64,000 nucleotides of DNA from Clostridium sp. AF37-5 (GTDB taxonomy: Bacteria > Bacillota > Clostridia > Oscillospirales > Acutalibacteraceae), in assembly GCA_963625835.1 (NCBI GenBank), contig CAVFVA010000002.1:17058-81057 (forward strand), read 5' to 3'. Position numbers and translations under genes: made by a program. How positions within the stretch are numbered: position 1 is the stretch's first letter; the number at the start of each line of letters is the position of its first letter. This document shows positions 39,119 to 48,900 of this stretch, piece after piece. Under the pieces are notes generated by a model that searched no databases, was not told the origin of the DNA, and saw only the letters and a program-made list of their open reading frames with translations.

Positions 39119-42100
39119 TTATTTAACAGTTACATCCGTATAGCTTATATCGCTATCTTTGTAACCCGCAAATGCAAGATAAATAGCTTTATCCTTGGTA
39201 TTGATTGTTCCGTTTCTGTCAAGGTCAACGCCTACATCATAGCCGTCTGAACCCTCTCTTGTGCCGGAAGCTGCCAAGTATGACGATTTATCCTTTGCAT
39301 TAACAACAGCATTGCCATCCCAGTTGCAGGCAACGATACCTACCATGGTTGAAGAAGAAACATCGGCACCGTTTACAACAACGGTGAAGGTTCTTGTGAA
39401 GCCATATTTATAGGTTACGGTTGCGGTGTAAGTGCCATCCGGAACATCCGTAAGAGTGAACTTACCGGAATCATCGGTGGTTGCTGAAACAGTTGTGCCG
39501 TTTACATCAATGGAAACAACTGCGCCTGTTACTGCATACTTACCTTCTGTGTCCGTAGGAGCGGACATTGCGCCGATATAAGCAGACACGCTGTGGCCGG
39601 ATACCGGTTCGGGAGCATCGGATGCTTCCGTAAGTCCGTTTTCTGCAATCATCAGCTTTTGCCTAATTGTGTAAAGGTTTGAAATGCTGAGCGTGTAGCC
39701 TTCCTTATCACTGGTATCAAACGGAGCCATATCGGTGTGCTTATAAAGACCTGCCTGGAATGTTACTGCATCAACAGCATCATAAAGAGCATCAATAAAT
39801 GCAGACCAACTTTCATCCGAATAGGTTACGCCATCCGGGTTGGAGGATGCTGTGTAAGTGGTGCTGCCAACGGTGTAAGTTTTAGCATCGGGATCTGCAT
39901 CAACAGTTGAAACATCAAGTGAAGCGGAGCCTGTGCTGTTCTTACCGGCAACTGCGCAGCGGATTTCGGTTAAGAGCTGATTCGGAACATAGCCGCGCTC
40001 AAGAACCTTTGCCATATAATCGTTGAAGTTACGAAGAGCTTCACGAAGTTCAAAGGTGGAAGCCGTGGAAGTTACAACAGCATTGTCGTAATTAACAACG
40101 TCATCGAAATCTCTGAAGCTGCGATTTACTTTATTAGCAGTGTTATATGCTTTAAGAGCATCGTCTCTCTCGGAATCAAGAGAGCTGAAAGCAAGTGTTG
40201 TTTCACCGTCTTCGGTTGTGTAGTAATAATCTCTGTAAAGGTCAACGTTAATAAGAGCTTCGGCATTGCGACCTTCGCCTGCCATTTGCTCATACTTAAT
40301 AACATCGAAGTTTACATTATTAAGGCCGGATCTGAGAACATAAACATTCTCGAACACATTCTTAGCATAAGAAACATCAAGATTTTCATCAAGAATTTCC
40401 TTAGCATAAGTTACCTTATCGTTTACTGCTGCAACGGAGCCTCTGGAAGCAGTGCCGGGAACGATTTGATTTTGTGTATTTGCATACATTACAACCCAAT
40501 CATCCGATGTGGCAACAGCCTTGTTATCGGCATCGTTATGAGTGTATTCAACAGCGGAGTAAACAAGATTGCCTTGGCTGTCTGTAACCTGAGTGTCGGT
40601 GGTTGCAAGATAGGGAGCTTCAAAATAAGGAGCTGTGCCCGAGCCTGCATCCTGCCATTCGGTTTCATAAGCTGCGGCATTAACGAAATGCCATTCGCCG
40701 TCTACGCTTACAACCTTAACGCCTGTTGAATTAACAGTGTAAACGTCAAGATTAGTTGCTGCACCGTTTACCGTTGCGGTAATGGTTTCACTTGTTTTGG
40801 TAACATCAGAATCAGTGATTTTGGTGTTGCCGTAAATCGGGTTAGCGAATACCTCGGAGCCATTTTCAGTGTAATGGGTGAGGTAATATACGCCGTCCTT
40901 AACAACTGCGGAAGCTTTAAGGCTTGCAAAGTTTGAACTGCTCATAGTATCTGCCGTTGCAGGGGCATATGCTATTTCGCCGACAACATTGGTTGTGTTT
41001 GAAGTTTTTGCAAAGTTAGCTTTTTGAGAACCGAGTTTTGCTGCGTTATCGGCAGTAATAACGGTTGCAGTTGTGGAAAGAGCCTGCATAACTGCATCTC
41101 TATAATAGTTATAGTAAGCTGCGTCTTTAGCATCGGCAGCAGTGTAGTTATTCAGGAATTCCTCGCCTGCGGCATAAAGGCTTTCGGAAGTTGAAATATC
41201 CGAAAGGTCGCTGACGATAAGATTTGTTGCAAGGTCGTAGCTTGCGGATGTTACAACGCTGAGTTTAACATCGGAGCGACCCTGCTTAACGCTGTGCTCC
41301 TTATCCCATTCAACAAAGTCAAGCTTTGTGCTGGAAGAAGACATTGCGCCGGGAGTGAGGGAGAATACAAGACCCTGAGAGCCTGTGGAAGCTGTTGCGC
41401 TTGCCTTAACGCCCTTATTGATGGCTGCACTGTAATCTCCTGTGCCGCTTGTTGAAATATAAACGCAGTTATAAGAACCGTCGTTATTTCTGTCGGCAAT
41501 AATGCTTGAGGGAACATAGCCGTTTACGCCTGTGGTGGTGATATTATCGAGCGTGCAAACAACATGCTGCCTGTATTCGGGAACTGTTGTGTCGGTATTA
41601 ACAAGATTTACAACATCGTCTCTGCTGAGAATCTTATCTTCCGCAGTTACCCAAGCACCCTTAGGATTACCGTTTTCATCATAAACGATATTCTTTACGG
41701 TTGTGCCGTCCACTGTTTCGGTGGTGTACTCATACTGATAATAATCATACCAAGAGGTGTTAACGAGGTTACCCGTTGTGGGATCTGCTGCAGCTGCAAC
41801 ATACTTTTGACCGTCTACAGTGATGTATGCTTCAAATCTGATGTTTGAAGATGATGAACCTGTGCGGTTAAGGTATACTGTTGAGTTGGAAACCGAAGCA
41901 GGATCGTCTGTTGAAACAGCGATATTGTTGGGAACAACAAGATAAGTTGCCTGCCTTGTATTACCGGCAATCACGCCCGTCGACGAAGTAGTTGTACCTG
42001 TCTGGTTCATGGCAGTGACAGGGTCAGCAAAGCCGGTAGTGGAACTGCTGCTGTAGGTTTGCGTATACAGATCCTGTTGAGCGGATACATAATAATAAAC

Positions 42101-45100
42101 TGTTCTGGTTAAATCGCTTGCATATTCAGACGAATAAGCGGTGCCATCCTTATTAACAATTTGATATGTAACCGTGAATGCAACAGCTGTTGCATTTGAA
42201 GAGCCAAGATCGCTTGCGGAAAGAGAACCGCTTACGCCGATAGAGCCTCTTGCCTCGGGATCGAGGGTTGCGGCAGTATCGCCTGTAAATGACCATGTGC
42301 CCTTATCGGCTTTAACGCCCTTAACTTTAATCCAAGAGCGGCCGAGTTCATCGGTGGAGCCGTCCGTTTTAATAGTGAAACGGTTAAGACCTTTACCGAG
42401 GTTTTCCAGATTGATAGTGTTTGTGAGTGTGTTACCTGCCGTGTAGCCCTTAACAACATCACTTGCAAGCTTAGCATCAAGGTTGCTAACCTTGTAGTTT
42501 TGAAGTTGGGGAAGGAATCCGTCAAGCAAGCTTGCAACGGACTGAACAACGAACATCGCACCTTTCCAAACAGTATCGTGATAACCGGAAAATACGCCGG
42601 CGAACTGGATAACATTTACAATTGCACTTGAGATAACGCCGAAATTGGAAGCATCTGAAGAAGTGCCTGCAATAACGCTGCTCTGAACAAGATTGTGGAA
42701 CGGCTTATTAACATTATCGCCGGAAACATCCGGAATAACATTCTTGCCATACAGCGGCTGATTGCTGCTGCGGGCATTAAGAAGACCGTTCAACAGTTCT
42801 TTAAGAACATCATAAACCGTAAGGTCTACGCCCTTTGTTGAAATAGAGGGAGCGTTAAGAATTGTTGCAAATCTGTAAATAAAGTTTGTTACGCCGCCGA
42901 GTTCCTCACCGTCTACGGTGTGAGTGCTTGCAATATTAAGTGCGCCTGTTACCAGATCGTCCATAATAAGAGCATGCGAATCAAATGCGCCGCGCTTTGA
43001 AGCGCTGCCGAATTGAAGCTCGCCGAGAACGGGAAGAAGTTTATTTGCGATGATATCAAGGTTCTTCCACAAAGTGTTGTCCAGAGTAATCAGGCTGTTA
43101 CCCTCTGAATCTGCACAACCGAGAAGAGGACCTACACCCTTATCGTTTGCGTAATAAGAAATTACGGAATTAAGGATGCTGAAGATATCTGTGCCCTCGG
43201 CTACCTGCTCAGCATAAGTTTGAACAGATGTTACATTATAGATGCTCCAGAACTTGCCGGTTTTATCTGTAATCGGCACGTATTGCATCATAACATAGCC
43301 AACGGCATCGCGACACAGTGCATAAATTGTTTCCATAGATATATCATAATATCCGTCGCTGCCCACAGTTAAGAACTGCGAGTAATCGTTTTGAGGAAGC
43401 ACATATGCAAGGTGTTCCTGAAGAATAACTGCTGCAACGCCTTCTGCGTCATCACATTTATCCCACCTGTCATAGTGGATGGATTTAAGATCCTGAATGT
43501 TATTCTGAAGGCAAGCAATAAGAAGCGGAATCATTGCGCTTTCAAGATTTGACTCGGAAAGCACAGCGGAATCGCCGCTTGTGTGATAGAACGCCGAAAG
43601 GATGTTCTTATCGGTTGCATCGCCAACATACTGAATAACTTTCAGTGCGTTTGCAACAAGAGTTTTGCCGATTGTTTTGGCATCGTTGGTATTGATTGTT
43701 GTAAGTGAAGAAGCGCCTGCATAATCGGGCAGGAAGTCCTTAACTGCTGCAACAAGGAAATCATTAAAGCCGGCAAGAATATTGCTGTAGTTGCCGTACT
43801 GATTTGCCATGAATGCATCAAGATTAGGAGTGCCGGTGCACTTAAAGTTTGTGTTAAGAGGACCGGTTTCCGCCTTAAAGTAATAAACCATAAGCGGGCT
43901 TCTGCGAAGCTCGTTAAAGAGCTTTGTGGAATCAATATCTCTCCAATTATACTGAGCGTCTTTTACAACGCTTCTGTCATAAGTGAGAGCTGCCTTAACA
44001 TCGTCAAGGTTAAGATTATAATCCTTAGCCCAAGCCTGAACATTGGTTTCGGAATAGTTACTTGCAGGATTTGAGTAATCCCAAGTTTTACCCTCGCCGA
44101 GGAACCATTCCATATATTCCCAGTCATAATCCTTAATAGCCGAGTTAAGAAGCTTTAAGGTTGGCTGAAGAACTGTTTTCCAGGCTATTGCCAACGCATT
44201 GTAAGAAAATTCATACAGCGTTGTGCTTGGTGTTAATGTAAGATTTGCATCGTCAACACCGTCGCCGTTGCTGTCATACTGGAAGAGGTAAACATTACCG
44301 TCCGGAGTGTAGCAAAGGCCGGAATCTTTTTGACCGGCAGCATAGCGTGATTGAGAGCTTGTGCCGTCTGCATAAGTTACATTAACATTGATCTTACGCA
44401 GAAGTTCATTCTGCAAAGATCTGAAAAGCATAGTATCAAGGTCGTAGCCGGTTTCATTATTATACATCTTAGTAGCTTCGTCGCTTGTGTACCAAGTGGT
44501 ATTTTCGGTGAGAAGCTTAACTATAATGTTATATACAAGGTTCTTTTCATAGCCGTCGCTCATACCAAGACCCACAGCACTGTTAAGAATGCTGTAAAGA
44601 TTAAGGTTAAGGGGCATGCTGAAAGAGCCTCTGAGAAGCTGGTTAACAACCGCTTTACCGCCGTCCCAGTTTGAAACATTGTTAGAAACAGCGTTCAAAA
44701 GGGCTTTGACAATGCTTTTCGCGGAATTGTTGGCTCTGTAGTCCTTGCCGCATGCCGGCCAATCGCCGGTTACTGTTGTGTAAGACATGCCGGTAAGCGG
44801 GCTGAGGGTGATGTTTTTAAGATCGCCGCCCAAGCCGTTGGCCTGATCAACGGTGGATTTCAGCTGATCTACTATATCAAGAAGACCGCTGACACTGTCC
44901 AGCGTGCCGTTTACGTTTACATTGATTACAACGTAACTGCCGCTGATTGAAACAGGCAATTTAAGATCGTACAGGATGTCGTCCACATAATCAAGAAGAG
45001 CCGCGCAGGTTTGCTCATCAGAGAGCTCAACCCAAGCCAAAGCATTTGACTTAAGCGCGTCATCATGATATTCAGGATCGGCGGAGGCCGCATACGCGGA

Positions 45101-45181
45101 GAAAGCACCCGTGAATGCGGTGAGTGCCATCAGAACCGCAAGAAACAAAGCAAGCAATTTCTTGCCAAATTTCGTTTTCAC
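39119..45181 (-). CDS. ~2020-aa secreted protein with helical N-half, beta-rich middle and C-terminal Ig-like + dockerin module
   Basis: GTG 45181 after ACGGAGGT RBS; signal peptide ...AFSAYA; FIVAR-like YSDESWSAFIDAL; NWDGNAVVNAKD and DLDRNGTINTKD loops. Confidence 0.8.
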   Translation of the reverse strand: MKTKFGKKLLALFLAVLMALTAFTGAFSAYAASADPEYHDDALKSNALAWVELSDEQTCAALLDYVDDILYDLKLPVSISGSYVVINVNVNGTLDSVSGLLDIVDQLKSTVDQANGLGGDLKNITLSPLTGMSYTTVTGDWPACGKDYRANNSAKSIVKALLNAVSNNVSNWDGGKAVVNQLLRGSFSMPLNLNLYSILNSAVGLGMSDGYEKNLVYNIIVKLLTENTTWYTSDEATKMYNNETGYDLDTMLFRSLQNELLRKINVNVTYADGTSSQSRYAAGQKDSGLCYTPDGNVYLFQYDSNGDGVDDANLTLTPSTTLYEFSYNALAIAWKTVLQPTLKLLNSAIKDYDWEYMEWFLGEGKTWDYSNPASNYSETNVQAWAKDYNLNLDDVKAALTYDRSVVKDAQYNWRDIDSTKLFNELRRSPLMVYYFKAETGPLNTNFKCTGTPNLDAFMANQYGNYSNILAGFNDFLVAAVKDFLPDYAGASSLTTINTNDAKTIGKTLVANALKVIQYVGDATDKNILSAFYHTSGDSAVLSESNLESAMIPLLIACLQNNIQDLKSIHYDRWDKCDDAEGVAAVILQEHLAYVLPQNDYSQFLTVGSDGYYDISMETIYALCRDAVGYVMMQYVPITDKTGKFWSIYNVTSVQTYAEQVAEGTDIFSILNSVISYYANDKGVGPLLGCADSEGNSLITLDNTLWKNLDIIANKLLPVLGELQFGSASKRGAFDSHALIMDDLVTGALNIASTHTVDGEELGGVTNFIYRFATILNAPSISTKGVDLTVYDVLKELLNGLLNARSSNQPLYGKNVIPDVSGDNVNKPFHNLVQSSVIAGTSSDASNFGVISSAIVNVIQFAGVFSGYHDTVWKGAMFVVQSVASLLDGFLPQLQNYKVSNLDAKLASDVVKGYTAGNTLTNTINLENLGKGLNRFTIKTDGSTDELGRSWIKVKGVKADKGTWSFTGDTAATLDPEARGSIGVSGSLSASDLGSSNATAVAFTVTYQIVNKDGTAYSSEYASDLTRTVYYYVSAQQDLYTQTYSSSSTTGFADPVTAMNQTGTTTSSTGVIAGNTRQATYLVVPNNIAVSTDDPASVSNSTVYLNRTGSSSSNIRFEAYITVDGQKYVAAAADPTTGNLVNTSWYDYYQYEYTTETVDGTTVKNIVYDENGNPKGAWVTAEDKILSRDDVVNLVNTDTTVPEYRQHVVCTLDNITTTGVNGYVPSSIIADRNNDGSYNCVYISTSGTGDYSAAINKGVKASATASTGSQGLVFSLTPGAMSSSSTKLDFVEWDKEHSVKQGRSDVKLSVVTSASYDLATNLIVSDLSDISTSESLYAAGEEFLNNYTAADAKDAAYYNYYRDAVMQALSTTATVITADNAAKLGSQKANFAKTSNTTNVVGEIAYAPATADTMSSSNFASLKASAVVKDGVYYLTHYTENGSEVFANPIYGNTKITDSDVTKTSETITATVNGAATNLDVYTVNSTGVKVVSVDGEWHFVNAAAYETEWQDAGSGTAPYFEAPYLATTDTQVTDSQGNLVYSAVEYTHNDADNKAVATSDDWVVMYANTQNQIVPGTASRGSVAAVNDKVTYAKEILDENLDVSYAKNVFENVYVLRSGLNNVNFDVIKYEQMAGEGRNAEALINVDLYRDYYYTTEDGETTLAFSSLDSERDDALKAYNTANKVNRSFRDFDDVVNYDNAVVTSTASTFELREALRNFNDYMAKVLERGYVPNQLLTEIRCAVAGKNSTGSASLDVSTVDADPDAKTYTVGSTTYTASSNPDGVTYSDESWSAFIDALYDAVDAVTFQAGLYKHTDMAPFDTSDKEGYTLSISNLYTIRQKLMIAENGLTEASDAPEPVSGHSVSAYIGAMSAPTDTEGKYAVTGAVVSIDVNGTTVSATTDDSGKFTLTDVPDGTYTATVTYKYGFTRTFTVVVNGADVSSSTMVGIVACNWDGNAVVNAKDKSSYLAASGTREGSDGYDVGVDLDRNGTINTKDKAIYLAFAGYKDSDISYTDVTVK

Positions 45182-45348
45182 AATTTTTACCTCCGTGAAA
45201 ATTTTAAACACAATGAAGTTTTATTCATAGAATGTTCACACTCCGACTCTCTGACCTACGGGCAATCCGAACAGAGCGGAAGTGCGCATTGAAACGCACG
45301 GATGTGAGCAAATGTTTACAGAAACGAATACTACTCCATTCATTAAAT

Positions 45349-45377
45349 ATTAAAACACAAGCAAATTAAAAAGTCAA
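45349..45377 (-). promoter_or_regulatory. sigma-A promoter of the dockerin/cohesin operon
   Basis: TTGACT-N17-TTTAAT with extended TG on minus strand. Confidence 0.6.
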
Positions 45378-45767
45378 TATGAACAAAGTTAAAACCGAGA
45401 TTTTGGCACTTTTAACGAAATTACAAGTGCGCTTTTGTGCAATTTGAGCATTTAAAAATTTACAATTTGTTCATACTTTTCTTACAAAAAGTTTACCTTG
45501 TAACAGTTTCGTAACCCATTACAGAGGGTAGTTTTTGTAAATGCAGACCCCTTTACACAACAACATCTTGTATATTTTTCGGCAATAATTTTCAAAATTC
45601 AACAATTTTTCAAAGGCGGTTTGCTTGCACGAAATTGCGCTGTTTTGAATGCATTTTTTATGCAGGCATAACGAAAGACCGGCACAAATTTTACTTATTT
45701 TCGGAAATGATTTACATATAATTGCCGAATTTTGTTCACAGTTTGTTAAAAAATTCAAAAAAAGGTG

Positions 45768-45796
45768 TTGACTTCCGCTTTTATATTTGGTATAAA
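45768..45796 (+). promoter_or_regulatory. sigma-A promoter of the 2404-aa gene
   Basis: TTGACT-N17-TATAAA with extended TG. Confidence 0.75.
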
Positions 45797-45940
45797 TATA
45801 TTGTATTGTTCGTGCGCGTGGGCATTTTGCGCCCTACGGCGCATTTTGTTAACATTTCGTTCACAAAGTACGCTGTAAGCGAATACCCGTGCGCTTAACT
45901 GAGAGCATGTTTATGTTCCCAAAATCATAAAAAAGGAGAG

Positions 45941-48900
45941 ATGATTATGAAAACGAGCAAACGATTACTCAGCCTGCTTTTGGCTGTGGTAATGGTGATA
46001 ACAACCTGCTCCGTCGGCATGAGCGCATTCGCAGCCGATGAAAGCGACGATGTTTTCACCTATGTTACCGACGAGGGTAAAGCGGTAGATATCACATACG
46101 AATCGCTTAACAACCTTGTCAACACCTACGCTCCCGAAATCATTAAGCTTATCAACCAAAACGGTAAGCTCACCGAACTCGGCGTTGACGTAGATGCGGT
46201 TTGCGCTTCAGAAAAGCCGATTTACGAACTTTTGGCGCAACTGTCACCAACGCTCATCCAACTTATGGGCGGCAGCAACGGCGATTCCGACGCTGTTATC
46301 AAATCCGTGCTTATTGACGCGGGTGCGATTAGCTCGGATATGGCAGACTTGGATAAGGAAAAAGCAATGCGCTTTGTTTATGCGCAATATGCTTATCTTA
46401 CCGACGACGACGCTGCAATGAGCATTTGGAGTCTTTATAAATTCTGCATGGACAATGAGAAATCGGATAACAAAGACCTCAAAAAATATTGCACAGACAC
46501 AAAAGATGTTCTTAAACCGCTGATTTTGGCATTCAGCAACGCTTACGATGTTGCAAAAGCTTCAGTAAGTGCAGATTTTGCAACGGTTGAGGAATATGTA
46601 AGAACAAAAGTTATCGGCGAAGGTGCTTTCCAGGAAAACACCTTTTCAAGCATGGTTTCAACTTCGTTCTTTACACCCTATCTTTTGAATGCACCTTCAT
46701 TCGGCAAATCCGAAGTCAACGAAGCAAGCAATGTTATTTCAATGGGCGGCGGTGCAGAACTTACCGCTATTCCGGCTTCTCTTGCAGAGGCGAAGAAAAT
46801 CGTTGCAAGCGGCAGCGCATTCAAGGGCAAAAATCTTACGGATATCAACGCTTCGAGTGACAGCACTGTTGCAACATTTATCAATAAGGTTGTTGAACTT
46901 TGCGAAGCTGTAAACGCTCCCATCAGCGCAAATCCGTCTCTTGCCGAGGCTGCTTATTGGTATTATAACCAACCGATCAGAAGCACTAACGCAGTTCTTA
47001 CCAAGGTTCTCACCGATATCAGCGGCGAATCGGTTTTCGTTGATGATTTAGGTTTGATATTTGAGATTAAGCCCGGAGAATATTTCTACGATGCCTGCAG
47101 AGTAAACGACATGACATACGATTTCTTTGCAGAACTTACCGGAGCTCCGAGCAAAACAACCGAAGATTCTTTCTGGTATGCACTTTATGACACCAGCTTT
47201 TCATGGTGCGAACTCGTTTCCGCAAATATTTTCGCAAATCAATCCTCGGATCCCGCTGCCAGCAGCTGGATGTATCAAAAAGGCTTCACTGCAAGCGATT
47301 TTGCTGCAATCAAAACACGAATCGGAGACTTACTCAAAGCTAAGAGTGCAACAAATGTTTCCGAAATCACCGAAGATGAATTCATTAATGGCACAGGCTC
47401 CGTTCCTGCTGTTAAGGCAGACGGCAGCCTTTCAAGCTTTGTTAAATTCTATCTTACAAACGAATTGTTCTCAAGCATTCCGCTTGCGGCAATCTACGCT
47501 TGGGACGGCACCGAAGACGGCATCACCGATGCAATGAATGTTGCCGGCTCACATGCACAGTATATTTTTGAGGGCTATCTTACCTTTGCAACATCAAAAG
47601 AAGTTGAGCCCACAATCACCGCAACATACGATTGGAATAAGGTTAAGCCCGATAACGACCTTGCAATTGAAATTGTTAACGCCAACATTAACGCTTACAT
47701 TAACTATGTAAGAGAAGGTATTCCCGGTGTTAGCATTGACATTTACACACTCGCAAGCGGCATTATATCAAACCTTACCGATTCACTCACTCTGAATACA
47801 CTGCTTGAAAAAGTTACCGACATTTACAAAAACCTTGCAAATGACCCGGTTAAAACAATTTTTGAGTTACTTCCCGTTATAGTTGTTGTTCTTGACGATG
47901 TACTCGTTCCCCTGCTCTTTAACCAACAGGGCGATATGTACTTTGAACAAATCAACGGTATTCTTTCAAACCTTCTTAACGAAAAGAATCTTTCTCAGGC
48001 ATCGGGCAGCCCGACGGGTATCGGTCAAATCGGCTGGAACCTTAACGAAGTGCTTCCCACTTTGCTTCACTGGCTCAACGGCGACAACAGCTACACCTAT
48101 ACATATTATAATGTAGACACAACAAACGAAACAAAATATGTTTACGGCACGCCCACAACAGGCGCAAACGGCACTAAATACGATAACGACGGCAACAAGC
48201 TTGACCATGTTCCGGTTATCCTCAATATTTATGCAGTTGATAAAAAGCTTGCAGACGCTGCCGCTTCAGACCTCGGCAGCAGCGATGCGGTTTCAGAAAT
48301 TATTTCAACCGTTATGAACCTGCTCGTTTCCGATGTTGACAGCTATGTTGCAAACCACGGTTCCGACATCGGCAAATACATCATCGACCAGGGCGACGAA
48401 AAGCAAATCGTTTTCCGCGGAATAAACAATGTTTTTGTTGCTCTTCCGAGCATCATCAGTGCCGTAGGCGAAAGCGCGCTTGCAGCATACAATGTTCCCA
48501 GCGACTGGACTTTCGGCGAATTTGCCACGGATTCAGACGGCTGCAAATACAATGTTTCCTCAAAAGAATTTAAAGACCTTTGCAAAAACAACGAATCGGC
48601 AGCCAAAGTGCTTGAAACATTCGTTGATATGTTTGTAAACAACTGGTTCAACGCACTCACCGATTTCTTAAACGATGTTGTTTCCACGGATAACACCATC
48701 ACAAAGGATATTCCGGTTGTGGCTTCACTGCTTCAGGGTGTTGACCTCTTTGGCGAAACAAGTGTTCTTACCGATGTTCTTAACGGCTTCTTCCTTATGA
48801 ACAGAGAACACGCAGATTCCTTCACATTCGAGCCTCGCGAAAACGGCTATGTGGGCATCAGCACACTTTCCGCTTACTTCCTGCTTTGCAATGTTGAACC

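Noticed and set aside
35290..45181. Classical cellulosome (scaffoldin + CAZymes)
   Set aside because: No tandem cohesins, CBM3 or recognisable glycoside hydrolase motifs; at most one cohesin-like domain per protein
45182..45211. Upstream start for the 2030-aa ORF
   Set aside because: GTG at 45181 has the ACGGAGGT RBS and gives a canonical signal peptide
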